DNA of 64,000 nt from Macrostomum lignano (lineage: Eukaryota), in NCBI GenBank assembly GCA_002269645.1, contig NIVC01002544.1, positions 62,001 to 126,000 on the forward strand. Direction: 5' to 3'. How positions within the stretch are numbered: the first letter of the stretch is position 1; each line of letters begins with the position of its first letter. This document shows, one piece after another, positions 23,701 through 32,529 of the stretch. The position numbers and the translations under genes are program-made. A model generated the notes under the pieces. The model was not told the DNA's origin. It did no database searches and was given only the letters and a program-made list of their open reading frames with translations.

Positions 23701-26700
23701 ACGCTGCTAAACTACCTGGCTGGCCTCACGGGCACGCGCCTGCGAGCCTACAGTAGCGTTCGCGGTCATGTCAGCTCGCTTTCACTGTGGTTTCGGCTGA
23801 ACGGCGCTCAGGACCTGACGAAGCACACCCTCACCCAGCATCTGCTGCGGGGCTGCAAGCGAGCGCTGGGGCTTCAGGTCAACCAGAAGCTACCAATGTC
23901 TCCGTCGGTGCTGCAAAAGCTTTGGTCTCTGGTTGACAAGGGCGACAATCGGCAACTGGCCTGCTGGGCGGTCACCATCACTGCCTGGTGGGGAATGCTG
24001 CGAAAATCATCACTCCTTCTATCGTCGCCTCAGTTGGGTAGTGGGATGAAGGTGCAGAATCTGACACCTCACCGTTGCGGCCTCCTCTTAAGCGTGGACT
24101 TTGGCAAGACTATTCAGTTCCGTGATCGAGTCCACCACGTCCTGCTTCCGAAGTTCCCCGCCTGCCCCGCGCTCTGCCCGGTAGTGGCGATTCGCCGACA
24201 TCTGTGTGTCAACAAGCTGGCGATGGCCGAGGCGCCACTCTGGTCCTTCATCGATCGCAATGGACAGCGGCGCCATCTAGCTGCTCGGGACTTGGACCGG
24301 TTTCTTGACTCTAAGCTGCAGAGGGCTGGGTGTGGCGGCAAGCTCTACTCGGCTCACAGCCTGCGTCAAGGTGGAGCCACCTGGGCAGCTCGCATGGGCC
24401 TGCCGGTGGCGGAGATCCAGCGGATCGGCGACTGGAAGAGTTCGGCGGTGGAGCGCTACTTGCCCCGCTCGGGTGTTGCCACTGCTGCGGCCTCTCTGCA
24501 TTTTTCTTCCGCCCTTAGTGCTCATTTTTGACGGTGGTCTTCCCGCTGATTTGTTTTTTGCTCAATGCCTAGCTGCTGCTCTTATCCCCCGTTGTGTTTG
24601 GCTTTGGAGGCCTGCTTCGTTTCTGTGCCAAGTTCGTGTTTTAATTGCCTTTGTTGCTGGAAGCACTAATGGACTGGTTTGTGCGGCGAAAGTGCACAAA
24701 CCGGCTTTAGTGCCCAGCGCGTTGATTGTACATCGCCACCTGCCCCCCCCTTGGGTGGCAGGGGTGTTTTTAAACCCCCGTCGCGCTCTACTGGCGGCTC
24801 ACTTTGCCTTCTCGCAGTGAATTTTTTTTTCTTTTTCGTGTTAAGTTTGCTTTAAGCCAAATATACTCGTAGATTGAAGTTCGAAACACTTTTTTATTGA
24901 CGGAGGCCTGCTTCGTTTCTGTGCCAAGTTCGTGTTTTAATTGCCTTTGTTGCTGGAAGCACTAATGGTGCGTGGGTGAGTGAGTGAGTTGGTGAGTGGG
25001 TGAGTGAGTGAGTTGGTGAGTGGGTGAGTGAGTGAGTTGGTGAGTGGGTGAGTGAGTGAGTTGGTGCGTGGGTGAGTGAGTGAGTTGGTGTGTGGGTGAG
25101 TGAGTGAGTTGGTGCGTGGGTGAGTGAGTGAGTTGGTGCGTGGGTGAGTGAGTGAGTTGGTGAGTGGGTGAGTGAGTGAGTTGGTGAGTGGGTGAGTGAG
25201 TGAGTGAGTTGGTGAGTGAGTGAGTGAGTTGGTGAGTGGGTGAGTGAGTGAGTTGGTGCGTGGGTGAGTGAGTGAGTTGGTGTGTGGGGGAGTGGGTGTG
25301 TGGGTGAGTGAGTGAGTTGGTGTGTGGGTGAGTGAGTGAGTGTGTGGGTGAGTGAGTGAGTTGGTGTGTGGGTGAGTGAGTGAGTTGGTGTGTGGGTGAG
25401 TGAGTGTGTGGGTGAGTGAGTGAGTTGGTGTGTGGGTGAGTGAGTGAGTGAGTGAGTGAGTGGGTGAGTGAGTTGGTGTGTGGGTGAGTGAGTGAGTGTG
25501 TGGGTGAGTGAGTGAGTGAGTGGGTGAGTGAGTTGGTGTGTGGGTGAGTGAGTGAGTGTGTGGGTGAGTGAGTGAGTGGGTGAGTGAGTTGGTGTGTGGG
25601 TGAGTGAGTGAGTTGATGAGTGGGTGAGTGGGTGAGTTGGTGAGTGAGTGAGTTGGTGCGTGGGTGAGTGAGTGAGTGAGTGCGTGTGTGAGTTAGTGCG
25701 TGTGTGGGTGAGTGAGTTGAGTGGGTGTGTGGGTGAGTGAGTGCGTGTGTGAGTTAGTGCGTGTGTGGGTGAGTGAGTTGAGTGGGTGTGTGGGTGAGTG
25801 AGTGCGTGTGTGAGTTAGTGCGTGTGTGGGTGAGTGAGTGAGTGAGTGGGTGAGTGACATGCTTGGGCGCAACCTAGGGATTCACCCGGCCGTTTCTGTT
25901 GGCAACACACGCATGTAAGTCGCTATTGGACGGAATAGTAGTCACGTGACTGCTCTCAGCCAATAGCGACTTACATGTGTGTGTTGCCAATAGAAACGGC
26001 CGAGTGATTCCCAAGGTTGCGCATGTATGTCAGAGTGAGTGAGTATTCCCAGCAAGCAGCAGCGCCATCCAACACCTGCCCCCAGGTGAGCAGCAGCTCA
26101 TCACTCCTTACATGGAGATGGCGCTGGACAAATACCTGGCCAGCCACCGCTCCGAGCTGTGCAGTCCTAACGGCCGGGCACTCGACTTTCTGCGCCAGAT
26201 TGCCAGTGTGAGCCGCTTGGAAGATCGATTTTGGAGTGGGAATAGCCGCATAGGGATATGGAGAAGTAGAATCCCAAAGCTTTTAAGGGATTAGCTGATA
26301 CCTTTTCATAATTTGATCAGCTCTGCATGATAAATTAGACATTAGCAGGGATTTATGAGCACAGATAGTGGATAGATGAGGGATTAACACATATTAGCGA
26401 TTAAAATAAATAGATTCGGAACTAATGCACATAGATAAGGCATTTAACATCGATAGATTAGGCATTGACATGGATAGATTAGGCATTAACATGGATAGAT
26501 TAGGCATCAACATGGATAGATTAGGCATTTGACATGGATATATTAGGCATCAACATGGATAGATTAGGGATTAGCACGAATAGATTAGGTATTTGACATG
26601 GATAGATTAGGCATTAACATGGATAGATTAGGCATTTGACATGGATAGATTAGGCATTTGACATGGATATATTAGGCATCAACATGGATAGATTAGGCAT

Positions 26701-28296
26701 TTAACATGGATAGATTAGGTATTTGACATGGATAGATTAGGCATTTAACATGGATAGATTAGGCATCAACATGGATAGATTAGGCATCAACATGGATAGA
26801 TTAGGCATCAACATGGATAGATTAGGCATTTAACATGGATAGATTAGGTATTTGACATGGATAGATTAGGCATTTAACATGGATAGATTAGGTATTTGAC
26901 ATGGATAGATTAGGCATTAACATGGATAGATTAGGCATTTGACATGGATAGATTAGGCATTTGACATGGATATATTAGGCATCAACATGGATAGATTAGG
27001 CATTTAACATGGATAGATTAGGTATTTGACATGGATAGATTAGGCATTTAACATGGATAGATTAGGCATCAACATGGATAGATTAGGCATCAACATGGAT
27101 AGATTAGGCATTTAACATGGATAGATTAGGTATTTGACATGGATAGATTAGGCATTTAACATGGATAGATTAGGTATTTGACATGGATAGATTAGGCATC
27201 AACATGGATAGATTAGGCATTTAACATGGATAGATTAGGTATTTGACATGGATAGATTAGGCATTTAACATGGATAGATTAGGCATTTAACATGGATAGA
27301 TTAGGTATTTGACATGGATAGATTAGGCATTAACATGGATAGATTAGGCATTTGACATGGATAGATTAGGCATTTGACATGGATAGATTAGGCATTAACA
27401 TGGATAGATTAGGGATTAGCACGGATAGATTAGATATTAGCACGGATAGATTAGAGATTAGGATGGATAGATTAGGGATTAGCATGGATAGATTAGTGAT
27501 TAACACGGATAGATTAGGGATAAACACGGATAGATTAGGGATTAACACGGATAGATTAGGGATTAACACGTATAGATTAGAGATTAGCATGGATAGATTA
27601 GGGATTAACACGGATAGATTAGGGATTAACACGGATAGATTAGAGATTAGCATGGATAGATTAGGGATACAGATGGATTAGCAAGCATAGGCCGGCACAA
27701 GAGACGCAGAGCATGTGAACCCCCGTCGACTGCAGGGCATGAGGTTTCTTTCCGATTACGGAGTGTTCCACTGCGACCTGGCTGCCCGCAACGTGCTGAT
27801 GGAGAACCTGAGCCCCGGGCCGCCCAGGCTGAAGATTGGCGACTTCGGTCTGTCCGGGATGTTTCAGAAGCGAGCTGATGCCGAGTACCTGTATTACACC
27901 TTGCCGAAGGACAACCGAAAGTTCCCCATGTACATCCTGCCGCCCACGGACTTGCAGACTAAGATCTACCCAACCACAGACAGCTGGAGCTTCGGCACCC
28001 TCATATGGGAGATGTTCAGCCATATTCCAGTGCTGGAGGCATTCTACGTCAACCCTTCCAGGGACAATGGACCCTTGCATCTGGTCGAGTACGTGAAAAA
28101 GAAGCCGCAGAAGTACCTGCTGCCATTAGATTCGGTGCCGCCACGTCTGCAGGGCCTGGTGCAGCGCTGCTGGGAGCCAGACCATGTTGCCAGAATCAGC
28201 CTGCAGGACATCTACAGTTTCCTGCATAACGATGTGCAGGCAATCTTTACTGAGCCGAACGGCATTGAGAAGAGTTCAACACGGCAGATAGACTAA
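14705..28296 (+). CDS. JAK-like tyrosine kinase (FERM-like, SH2-like, pseudokinase, kinase); 11 exons, start codon not located
   Basis: GT-AG exons 14705-15147, 15703-16224, 16526-16676, 16771-16943, 17313-17632, 17727-17797, 18222-18515, 18929-19253, 20167-20499, 26086-26207, 27736-28296; every junction is phase-compatible, about 1104 aa. Motifs: VGIDPLYSVFFDL, LLMYVAQQ and FSSEWEALAMAWYL resemble JAK FERM; pseudokinase HNNIKLSNIL...LCDLA; kinase GSGCFG, VAVK, HCDLAARN, DFG, EYLYY. Confidence 0.75.
15235..15660. repeat. 27-bp minisatellite (JAK intron 1)
   Basis: Unit AGGATATTTATCCCAATCCCCATCCTC, about 15 copies. Confidence 0.9.
16232..16490. repeat. 22-bp minisatellite (JAK intron 2)
   Basis: Unit GCAGCCCATTAGTTAGTCAGCT, about 11 copies, starting just after the donor. 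Confidence 0.9.
16974..17283. repeat. 56-bp minisatellite (JAK intron 4)
   Basis: Unit CAGGTGCTAATTAGCCCTGATAAGGGTGTATCACCTTCAGCCAGTGTGAGTGAGTG, about 5.5 copies. Confidence 0.9.
17878..18190. repeat. 21-bp minisatellite (JAK intron 6)
   Basis: Unit CATGAGCAGGGGAGATGGGAT, about 14 copies. Confidence 0.9.
18540..18900. repeat. 29/30-bp minisatellite (JAK intron 7)
   Basis: Unit CATTGGGGTGTACAGAGTGCATTTGTGTT, about 12 copies. Confidence 0.9.
19265..20090. repeat. 20-bp minisatellite with 33-bp variant units (JAK intron 8)
   Basis: Unit GTGAGCATGTTGGGTAGGCA interspersed with GTGAGTCAGATACGTTTCGCTGAGTAGTAGGCA. Confidence 0.9.
20167..20499 (+). CDS. Tyrosine kinase N-lobe exon
   Basis: KLGSGCFGSVVRG...VAVKTLR...FVKEV...HENILELL; donor G|GTGAGT at 20499/20500. 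Confidence 0.9.
20828..21889 (+). CDS. Ngaro ORF1 (gag-like) with N-terminal SAP domain and C-terminal Cys/His zinc finger
   Basis: TVPALRGKLKELGLPTSGNKAKLVQRL is a SAP motif; CFDYN...C...C.F.H.C..CG..H at the C-terminus. Confidence 0.85.
   Translation: MNRTRSQSADSVPTTVPALRGKLKELGLPTSGNKAKLVQRLRAHIQDVETSVESDELTNVQAILRATGQNSAVASSGGSPPNRRQVENGGSGAAGGLDEQLLEAEKRIRLLKLRKEEAQLESEFAQLRVGRSEARDVPGELLNCLTGCVQHEVGQQHENMGASGRSTSSVYRIVDFVSKRKQCLLGQSKSKEVAVEALSLGDWVTGNAQAMLQMLTDGRLVRLDQHGRLDVAELRDYLRYTARIGELLDLGFDKSRVMRFDDECRLSQTSDGKWESHSSDLSLVAAYLMAPQKQQSGGGAQKRNQLVCFDYNRIRGCERKSCRFLHRCRRCGLAHSEAAFHRDESSGEEKPQH
21890..23710 (+). CDS. Ngaro ORF2: reverse transcriptase and RNase H
   Basis: LIHDCS, KVDLSEAY, LPFG, YLDD, FLGVELD; RNase H SDAC...E...CDN...ADAASR. 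The frame is open from 21890, directly after the gag TGA and in the same frame. Confidence 0.92.
   Translation, partial: LDHSANFIPPVLSSDLNLAQWQAELSKLDLPPGRMAFILDGVASGFRITNRQMHGNELVEVANYSSVFKHHDRVARQIANELRLGRYRLCAAGDKPCIVSALGALPKSNGGVRLIHDCSRPQGKSVNSAYESEQRLRFTCVQNFAKRLKKNYFMCKVDLSEAYRSCGIHPDDQKFTGLKFRLGSDACDTYMVDTRLPFGAAASVTAFYHLSEAVKLMMVHRGFVNTEAYLDDFAFCGLQNECEAFFNVLTSLMTRLGFTVNWTKCQQPSQRMTFLGVELDTVKGLKRLSDEKVEKLLEQLDDAAAKDRISKQSLQQIIGRLVWASQVIECGRPFLQDLISRSNNLAVGQQDEVDAALRSQLRWWKCALLAQRWKTLWFNGDFDAAIESDACLVGGAAVLRLPGGVSDWRYVNWDLDADAVFRDLPINYKEAAIPLMALLSWRDRLHNCRLCIYCDNMAACCIINNGVSKCPLVLRLLQTVALLCIRQNIQLRAYHVPGPFQIFADAASRLHEGSQLLNFLLRFYGSLMRLTNCSLSRHTLSAATSAFLRFQVARLRQTTSATEPVNYSVPPTRPARKAPSAHTCGPGARTAQPRDSTPPGVLCPRC
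23485..24531 (+). CDS. Ngaro ORF3: tyrosine recombinase
   Basis: Catalytic signature MLRKS, GKT, HSLRQGGAT, IGDWKS, RY; overlaps ORF2 by 226 nt; no ATG near the 5' end. Confidence 0.92.
   Translation: MLAFPAHAFCCHIRFSPFSGRQTAPDHLSHRARELLGSSYAARSKSAISSHVRSWRAYCSAKGLDPAGCTVSTLLNYLAGLTGTRLRAYSSVRGHVSSLSLWFRLNGAQDLTKHTLTQHLLRGCKRALGLQVNQKLPMSPSVLQKLWSLVDKGDNRQLACWAVTITAWWGMLRKSSLLLSSPQLGSGMKVQNLTPHRCGLLLSVDFGKTIQFRDRVHHVLLPKFPACPALCPVVAIRRHLCVNKLAMAEAPLWSFIDRNGQRRHLAARDLDRFLDSKLQRAGCGGKLYSAHSLRQGGATWAARMGLPVAEIQRIGDWKSSAVERYLPRSGVATAAASLHFSSALSAHF
25867..26022. mobile_element. 156-bp hairpin MITE-like element
   Basis: 63-bp inverted arms with about 5 mismatches (GCGCAACC...GCTATTGG and CCAATAGC...GGTTGCGC) around a 30-bp spacer containing palindrome AGTCACGTGACT; TSD not resolved. 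Confidence 0.65.
26452..27680. repeat. 20/21-bp minisatellite (JAK intron 10)
   Basis: Unit CATGGATAGATTAGGCATT(T)AA/GA, about 58 copies. Confidence 0.92.
27736..28296 (+). CDS. Tyrosine kinase C-lobe exon (last exon)
   Basis: GMRFL...HCDLAARNVL...LKIGDFGLS...DSWSFGTLIWEMFS...CW...R; stop at 28296. Confidence 0.92.
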   Translation, partial: GMRFLSDYGVFHCDLAARNVLMENLSPGPPRLKIGDFGLSGMFQKRADAEYLYYTLPKDNRKFPMYILPPTDLQTKIYPTTDSWSFGTLIWEMFSHIPVLEAFYVNPSRDNGPLHLVEYVKKKPQKYLLPLDSVPPRLQGLVQRCWEPDHVARISLQDIYSFLHNDVQAIFTEPNGIEKSSTRQID

Positions 28297-29079
28297 GAAA
28301 TCGTCTACTGAACAGTAGCAAGATAAGAATGCTAAACGAATTTCTTTACTTTCGGAGAAAATGGAAAACTTTATTGTGTTGTGCGTCTACAGGTGAGGAC
28401 ACCTCCCAGTGGACTGAAGGCACTAGTTCACAACGACGAAGAACTAAAAAAACAGACCCTGACCTATTGCTACGAGTTGTGTTCGAATCTCACCTATTTG
28501 TATGCGCATCAACCCACCCTTGTTAAGGCTTTTTCGTTTTCAATATTTCTAATTCTTCAAGCGCCTTGCTACCAGCATTCTACAATAATTTTATCATATT
28601 TTCCTGTCTTTAGCTTTTTAAATCAAGAATGTACTTTTATCTGTTTTTTTAACTGTTCACCTTCGTTTATTCGTACAGACATCGCTTACTAACAAGTAGC
28701 GTGCAACGATTTTGAAGCGATTTTTATGTTAGCAATCGCTCGAAAGTTGCGCAATATAATTGTTGAAAAAATTTCAAAGCTTGTACCAGATACTTTTCGT
28801 GCCGGCTGAGCCAGTTCTCACCTATGAATAACCTCTGATTGGTCAGATATTGACAATAGTTCAATTTGATTGACAATATTGACAATTACCAAGCACAGCG
28901 GTAAGACATCGGGGAGGGAGGCAGAAAAGGTCAGCGATGATGCGGGCGTCAGTCATGACTTCGTACTCGCTGCCGGCGGCTGATGGTCTCGGAGGCAGCC
29001 TCGGACGACCTTGGAAGGTCCATCAAAATTTAGCTGACATTGAGGGTAGTCGTGATCCCAGATCCCTGCATCCGACATC

Positions 29080-29475
29080 TCACATCCGAGCGTTCGCAGT
29101 GCAGCGAGCAGCTCACGGTGTAGCTGGAGTTCTGTTCTATAATCTGAGTGAACATTTAACCGGCCACTTTGGGCATTAAATTCACTGATCTTGGCACTTT
29201 ATGTGAAGATAAAGCTGTGTCCCCAGTTAAGTGAGCGGCTGTTCCTCTCTGCCCTTCACAGTCACAGAGCTGATCATCGCTGGCTCTTTCAGCTGCACTG
29301 CGAACCAGTGAAACCCGCCGTCTGCTTGGCTCCTGTTTTTAGAGTGGAAAAACCTTAGCTAGTGGCATCTCTGTAGATGGTCTCATCAGCTGACTGATTT
29401 CTAGTGTAAAAGCAGCTAGGTGGGGCCCGGATCAGGTGCAAAACTGGACACCGCTCCTGCGAATCGGGAACTGGC
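29080..29475 (-). pseudogene. Decayed copy of the lectin-Ig receptor family
   Basis: Reverse strand shows AG|GCCAGTTCCCGATTCGCAGGAGC and CAGACGGCGGGTTTCACTGGTTCGCAGTGCAGCTGAA...GGGCAGAGAGG (29244-29475; 232 nt vs 243 nt, with stops and frameshifts), then an Ig exon start encoding QNSSYTVSCSLHC (29143 downward). Confidence 0.8.
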
Positions 29476-29703
29476 CTTGCAGTAGATGCAGAGAAAATTT
29501 CTGAACACGAACTTGAATGTAGTAGCGCTTGCTAAAATTATACTCAGTATTCAGTAACAGTCAAAAATTTCACCCCCAAAGCAAGATGAAGATGAAAATT
29601 TTCTAACTAATTGCGACAACTTCTCACTCACTCACAATCCAACCCCCAAGTTACGCAACTAAGTCGCCGCGAGGAAGGGAAAGTTGATTGAATCAGTAAT
29701 ATA

Positions 29704-29915
29704 CGTCACTCGAACGAAATCATAACAATTTATTCTTTATGCAATATGCAGTTAGAATTGCGATAACGCGTGTGGGATCCCCTCACGCAGAAGTGCGGCG
29801 ATTCTGCGGGGCATCCCCAGGATGAGGCGGCGCAGAAAGTCCTGGGGAAGCTGCTGCCAAGCGTTTTCAATGACATGACGCAGCTCCGCCACATTCTGTG
29901 GTGGATTTATTTTCG
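29704..29915 (-). mobile_element. Tc1/mariner transposase C-terminal relic with adjacent terminus
   Basis: Minus frame PQNVAELRHVIENAWQQLPQDFLRRLILGMPRRIAALL is typical of the Tc1 transposase C-terminus; TA at 29702-29703. Confidence 0.7.
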
Positions 29916-30456
29916 AATGCTGCGTTTTAGGAAGTCTTCAGGAAGGCAGTTCCTTCAGTTGACTACTAGCATCGGCTTGGTGTGCCGTCATCCTGGACAA
30001 CCCCTAAGTGGCAATAAGCTTCGCGCGCGTGCCGTTATGCCGTAAGTTGCGTAAGTATGCCGTAAGAAAAATTCATCTCTCTGGAGAGTGGAACCATGAC
30101 GCAATTCTATGATTTTTAAATGACGCTTCTACGATTTTTTACATGACGATTCTATGATTGTTTACATGACGCTTCCATGATTTTTTACATGACGATTCTA
30201 TGATTGTTTACATGACGCTTCCATGATATTTTACATGACGCTTCTATGATTGTTTACATGACGCTTCTACGATATTTTACATGACGATTCTACGATTTTT
30301 TACATGACGATTCTACGATTTTTTACATGACGCTTCTACGATTTTTTACATGACGATTCCATGATTGTTTACATGACGCTTCTACGATTTTTTACATGAC
30401 GCTTCTACGATTTTTTACATGACGATTCTATGATTGTTTACATGACGCTTCTATGA

Positions 30457-32529
30457 CCCGTATAAAACGAAACGGTCACAAAAAGGGGCTGTTACCGTGT
30501 TTTTTACCGTTACGGTCACCAGTTACCATTTTTTACCGTATTTGTGACTGTTTAGTTCAGGGTAACCATGTGACCGTTCAATGTGACCGTATTTTGTGAC
30601 CGTTTTGTTTAGGGTCACATGTTACAGATCAATGTGACCGTATTTTGTGACCGTTTGTTCAGGGTCACATGTTACCGTTCACTGTTACCGTATTTTGTGA
30701 CCGTTTTGTTCTGTTGTGGAGTTTACTACTTGTCGCTTTCTACCAACTGTTGTCGTCTTCATTGCATAATAGGCTGCTACTATGTTGCCTCATTTGAGTG
30801 CGGCGCGACGCACGTGTTATTGTTGCCTGAATTTTTACTTTACAATTTTACAGAGTAGCCTCTCCTGAAATAGGTCACATGGATACCCAGTTATATATAG
30901 TTAGGTATGGACAAGTGATAGTTATGAATAGGGAAGCAAATTTATTACCTATGCCCAGGGATACGTTCTCTTTCAAATCAGTATATAAGGAGAAGTGACG
31001 GTAACCCACGAAGCAACTGACTAATTTCTCATGAACGTTTGCCACTTTTGCAGAGGATAAGAATCATTAAGAACAAAAATCTCTATCATGGAAGACCAGC
31101 AACGCCGCGCCATTATGAATCGTTTAAGAGTGAAACGATTTCGAGAACGCAAGACAGTGCAGCTTCTATTTCAAAGGCGACAACAGTGGTTGCAATCTGG
31201 AACGACTGCAATGGGCGCCGCCATTGGAAATCCACAGACGAATCGTGGTAATAAGCGCCGTCATCCAGACGACGACATCGGTAGCGAAGGTACTCCACAA
31301 CCGCCATCTACCGGCGAAGCTACTTCACAACCGCCATCTACCGGCGAAGCTACTTCACAACCGCCATCTACCGGCGAAGCCTCCACCAGCGAAACTGCCA
31401 GTGAAGCCGGCGATGCCAGTGAAGCTACCGAAAGCTCTGCCAGCGAAACTGCCAGTGAAGCCGGCGATGCCAGCGAAACTGCCAGTGAAGCCGGCGATGC
31501 CAGCGAAGCTACCGAAAGCTACAATGACGACGAAGCTGCAGCCTCTCATCCATCTGCAAATCCATGAGTCGAAGTGTACCAGACTGAAATGCAGCCATTT
31601 CGGGCATTTTATTATTTACTGGGCTTTTTCTGATCTTATCGGGAATAATGAAAGAAAATGGAGAGAGTGGGAGGGAGAAATTTGTGTATGCAACATATCA
31701 TTGTGCTAAACTAAACAAAGCTAAACTAAACCTAAACGTCGCAGTACAATGGGTTTCTAAAACTGCTTAACTTTTGGTCGCGCACTTCTGCGATGTCCCA
31801 CTAATTCAACTACTTCTTTTTGGCGCACTTCTGCGATGTCCCACTAATTCAACTACTTCTTTTTGGCGCACTTCTGCGATCGCTATGTACCATATAATAA
31901 TGCATTTTAATAATAGCGCGCTTTGCGTATATAAAGCTTAATTGCCGCAATTACTGGTTACTTCACATCTAATATATTACTGCTGATTTGTATTCCCTGT
32001 TACTTATTTGCACATTATTTTGCACATACTGTTGATCGATAGTCAGAAAAAACACACAAGATCACAAAACGGTCACAAAATATGGTAACAGTAAACAGTA
32101 ACATAGTTACCCTAAGCAAAACGGTCACAAAATATGGTAACAGTAAACAGTAACATAGTTACCCTAAGCAAAACGGTCACAAAATATGGCAAAAGTAAAC
32201 AGTAACATAGTTACCCTAAGCAAAACGGTCACAAAATATGGCAAAAGTAAACAGTAACATAGTTACCCTAAGCAAAACGGTCACAAAATATGGCAAAAGT
32301 AAACAGTAACATAGTTACCCTAGGCAAAACGGTCACAAAATACGGTCACATTGAACGGTCACATGTGACCCTGAACAAACGGTCACATATATGGTAACTA
32401 TGAACGGTATCATGTTACCTTATTATCATGAACATGAACGGTCACAATAAACGGTCACAAGCATTACAGACCACGGTAACAAGTGGAACGGTCACAGCCC
32501 CTTTTTGTGACCGTTTCGTTTTATACGGG
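30457..32529. mobile_element. Non-autonomous CMC (CACTA/Mirage/Chapaev)-like DNA transposon, 2073 bp
   Basis: Perfect 36-bp TIRs CCCGTATAAAACGAAACGGTCACAAAAAGGGGCTGT; 3-bp TSD TGA at 30454-30456 and 32530-32532; dense subterminal GTGACCGT/ACGGTCAC motifs; 52-bp tandem repeat, about 5 copies, from 32066. Confidence 0.8.
31088..31567 (+). CDS. 159-aa cargo ORF inside the CMC-like element
   Basis: ATG start; basic helix NRLRVKRFRERK; NLS-like KRRH; S/T/E/A-rich repeats; no transposase motif. Confidence 0.35.
   Translation: MEDQQRRAIMNRLRVKRFRERKTVQLLFQRRQQWLQSGTTAMGAAIGNPQTNRGNKRRHPDDDIGSEGTPQPPSTGEATSQPPSTGEATSQPPSTGEASTSETASEAGDASEATESSASETASEAGDASETASEAGDASEATESYNDDEAAASHPSANP

Larger units (their letters stand above)
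20639..24966 (+). mobile_element. Ngaro-type tyrosine-recombinase (DIRS order) retrotransposon, apparently intact
   Basis: Split direct repeats A1 (20639-20798), ORFs, B1 (24606-24670), A2 (24671-24828), B2 (24902-24966). B1 equals B2; A1 and A2 differ only by C10 vs C8 and one T/A. ORFs are gag, RT-RNase H and YR. No methyltransferase domain seen, which favours Ngaro over PAT. Confidence 0.92.
20500..25856. repeat. GTGA/GTGG-rich cryptic microsatellite (JAK intron 9), interrupted by the Ngaro element
   Basis: GGGTGAGTGAGTGAGTTGGT-type units at 20500-20640 and 24967-25856. Confidence 0.9.

Noticed and set aside
20167-28296. Receptor tyrosine kinase interpretation
   Set aside because: No signal peptide or TM in the upstream phase-linked exons; a pseudokinase precedes the kinase instead.
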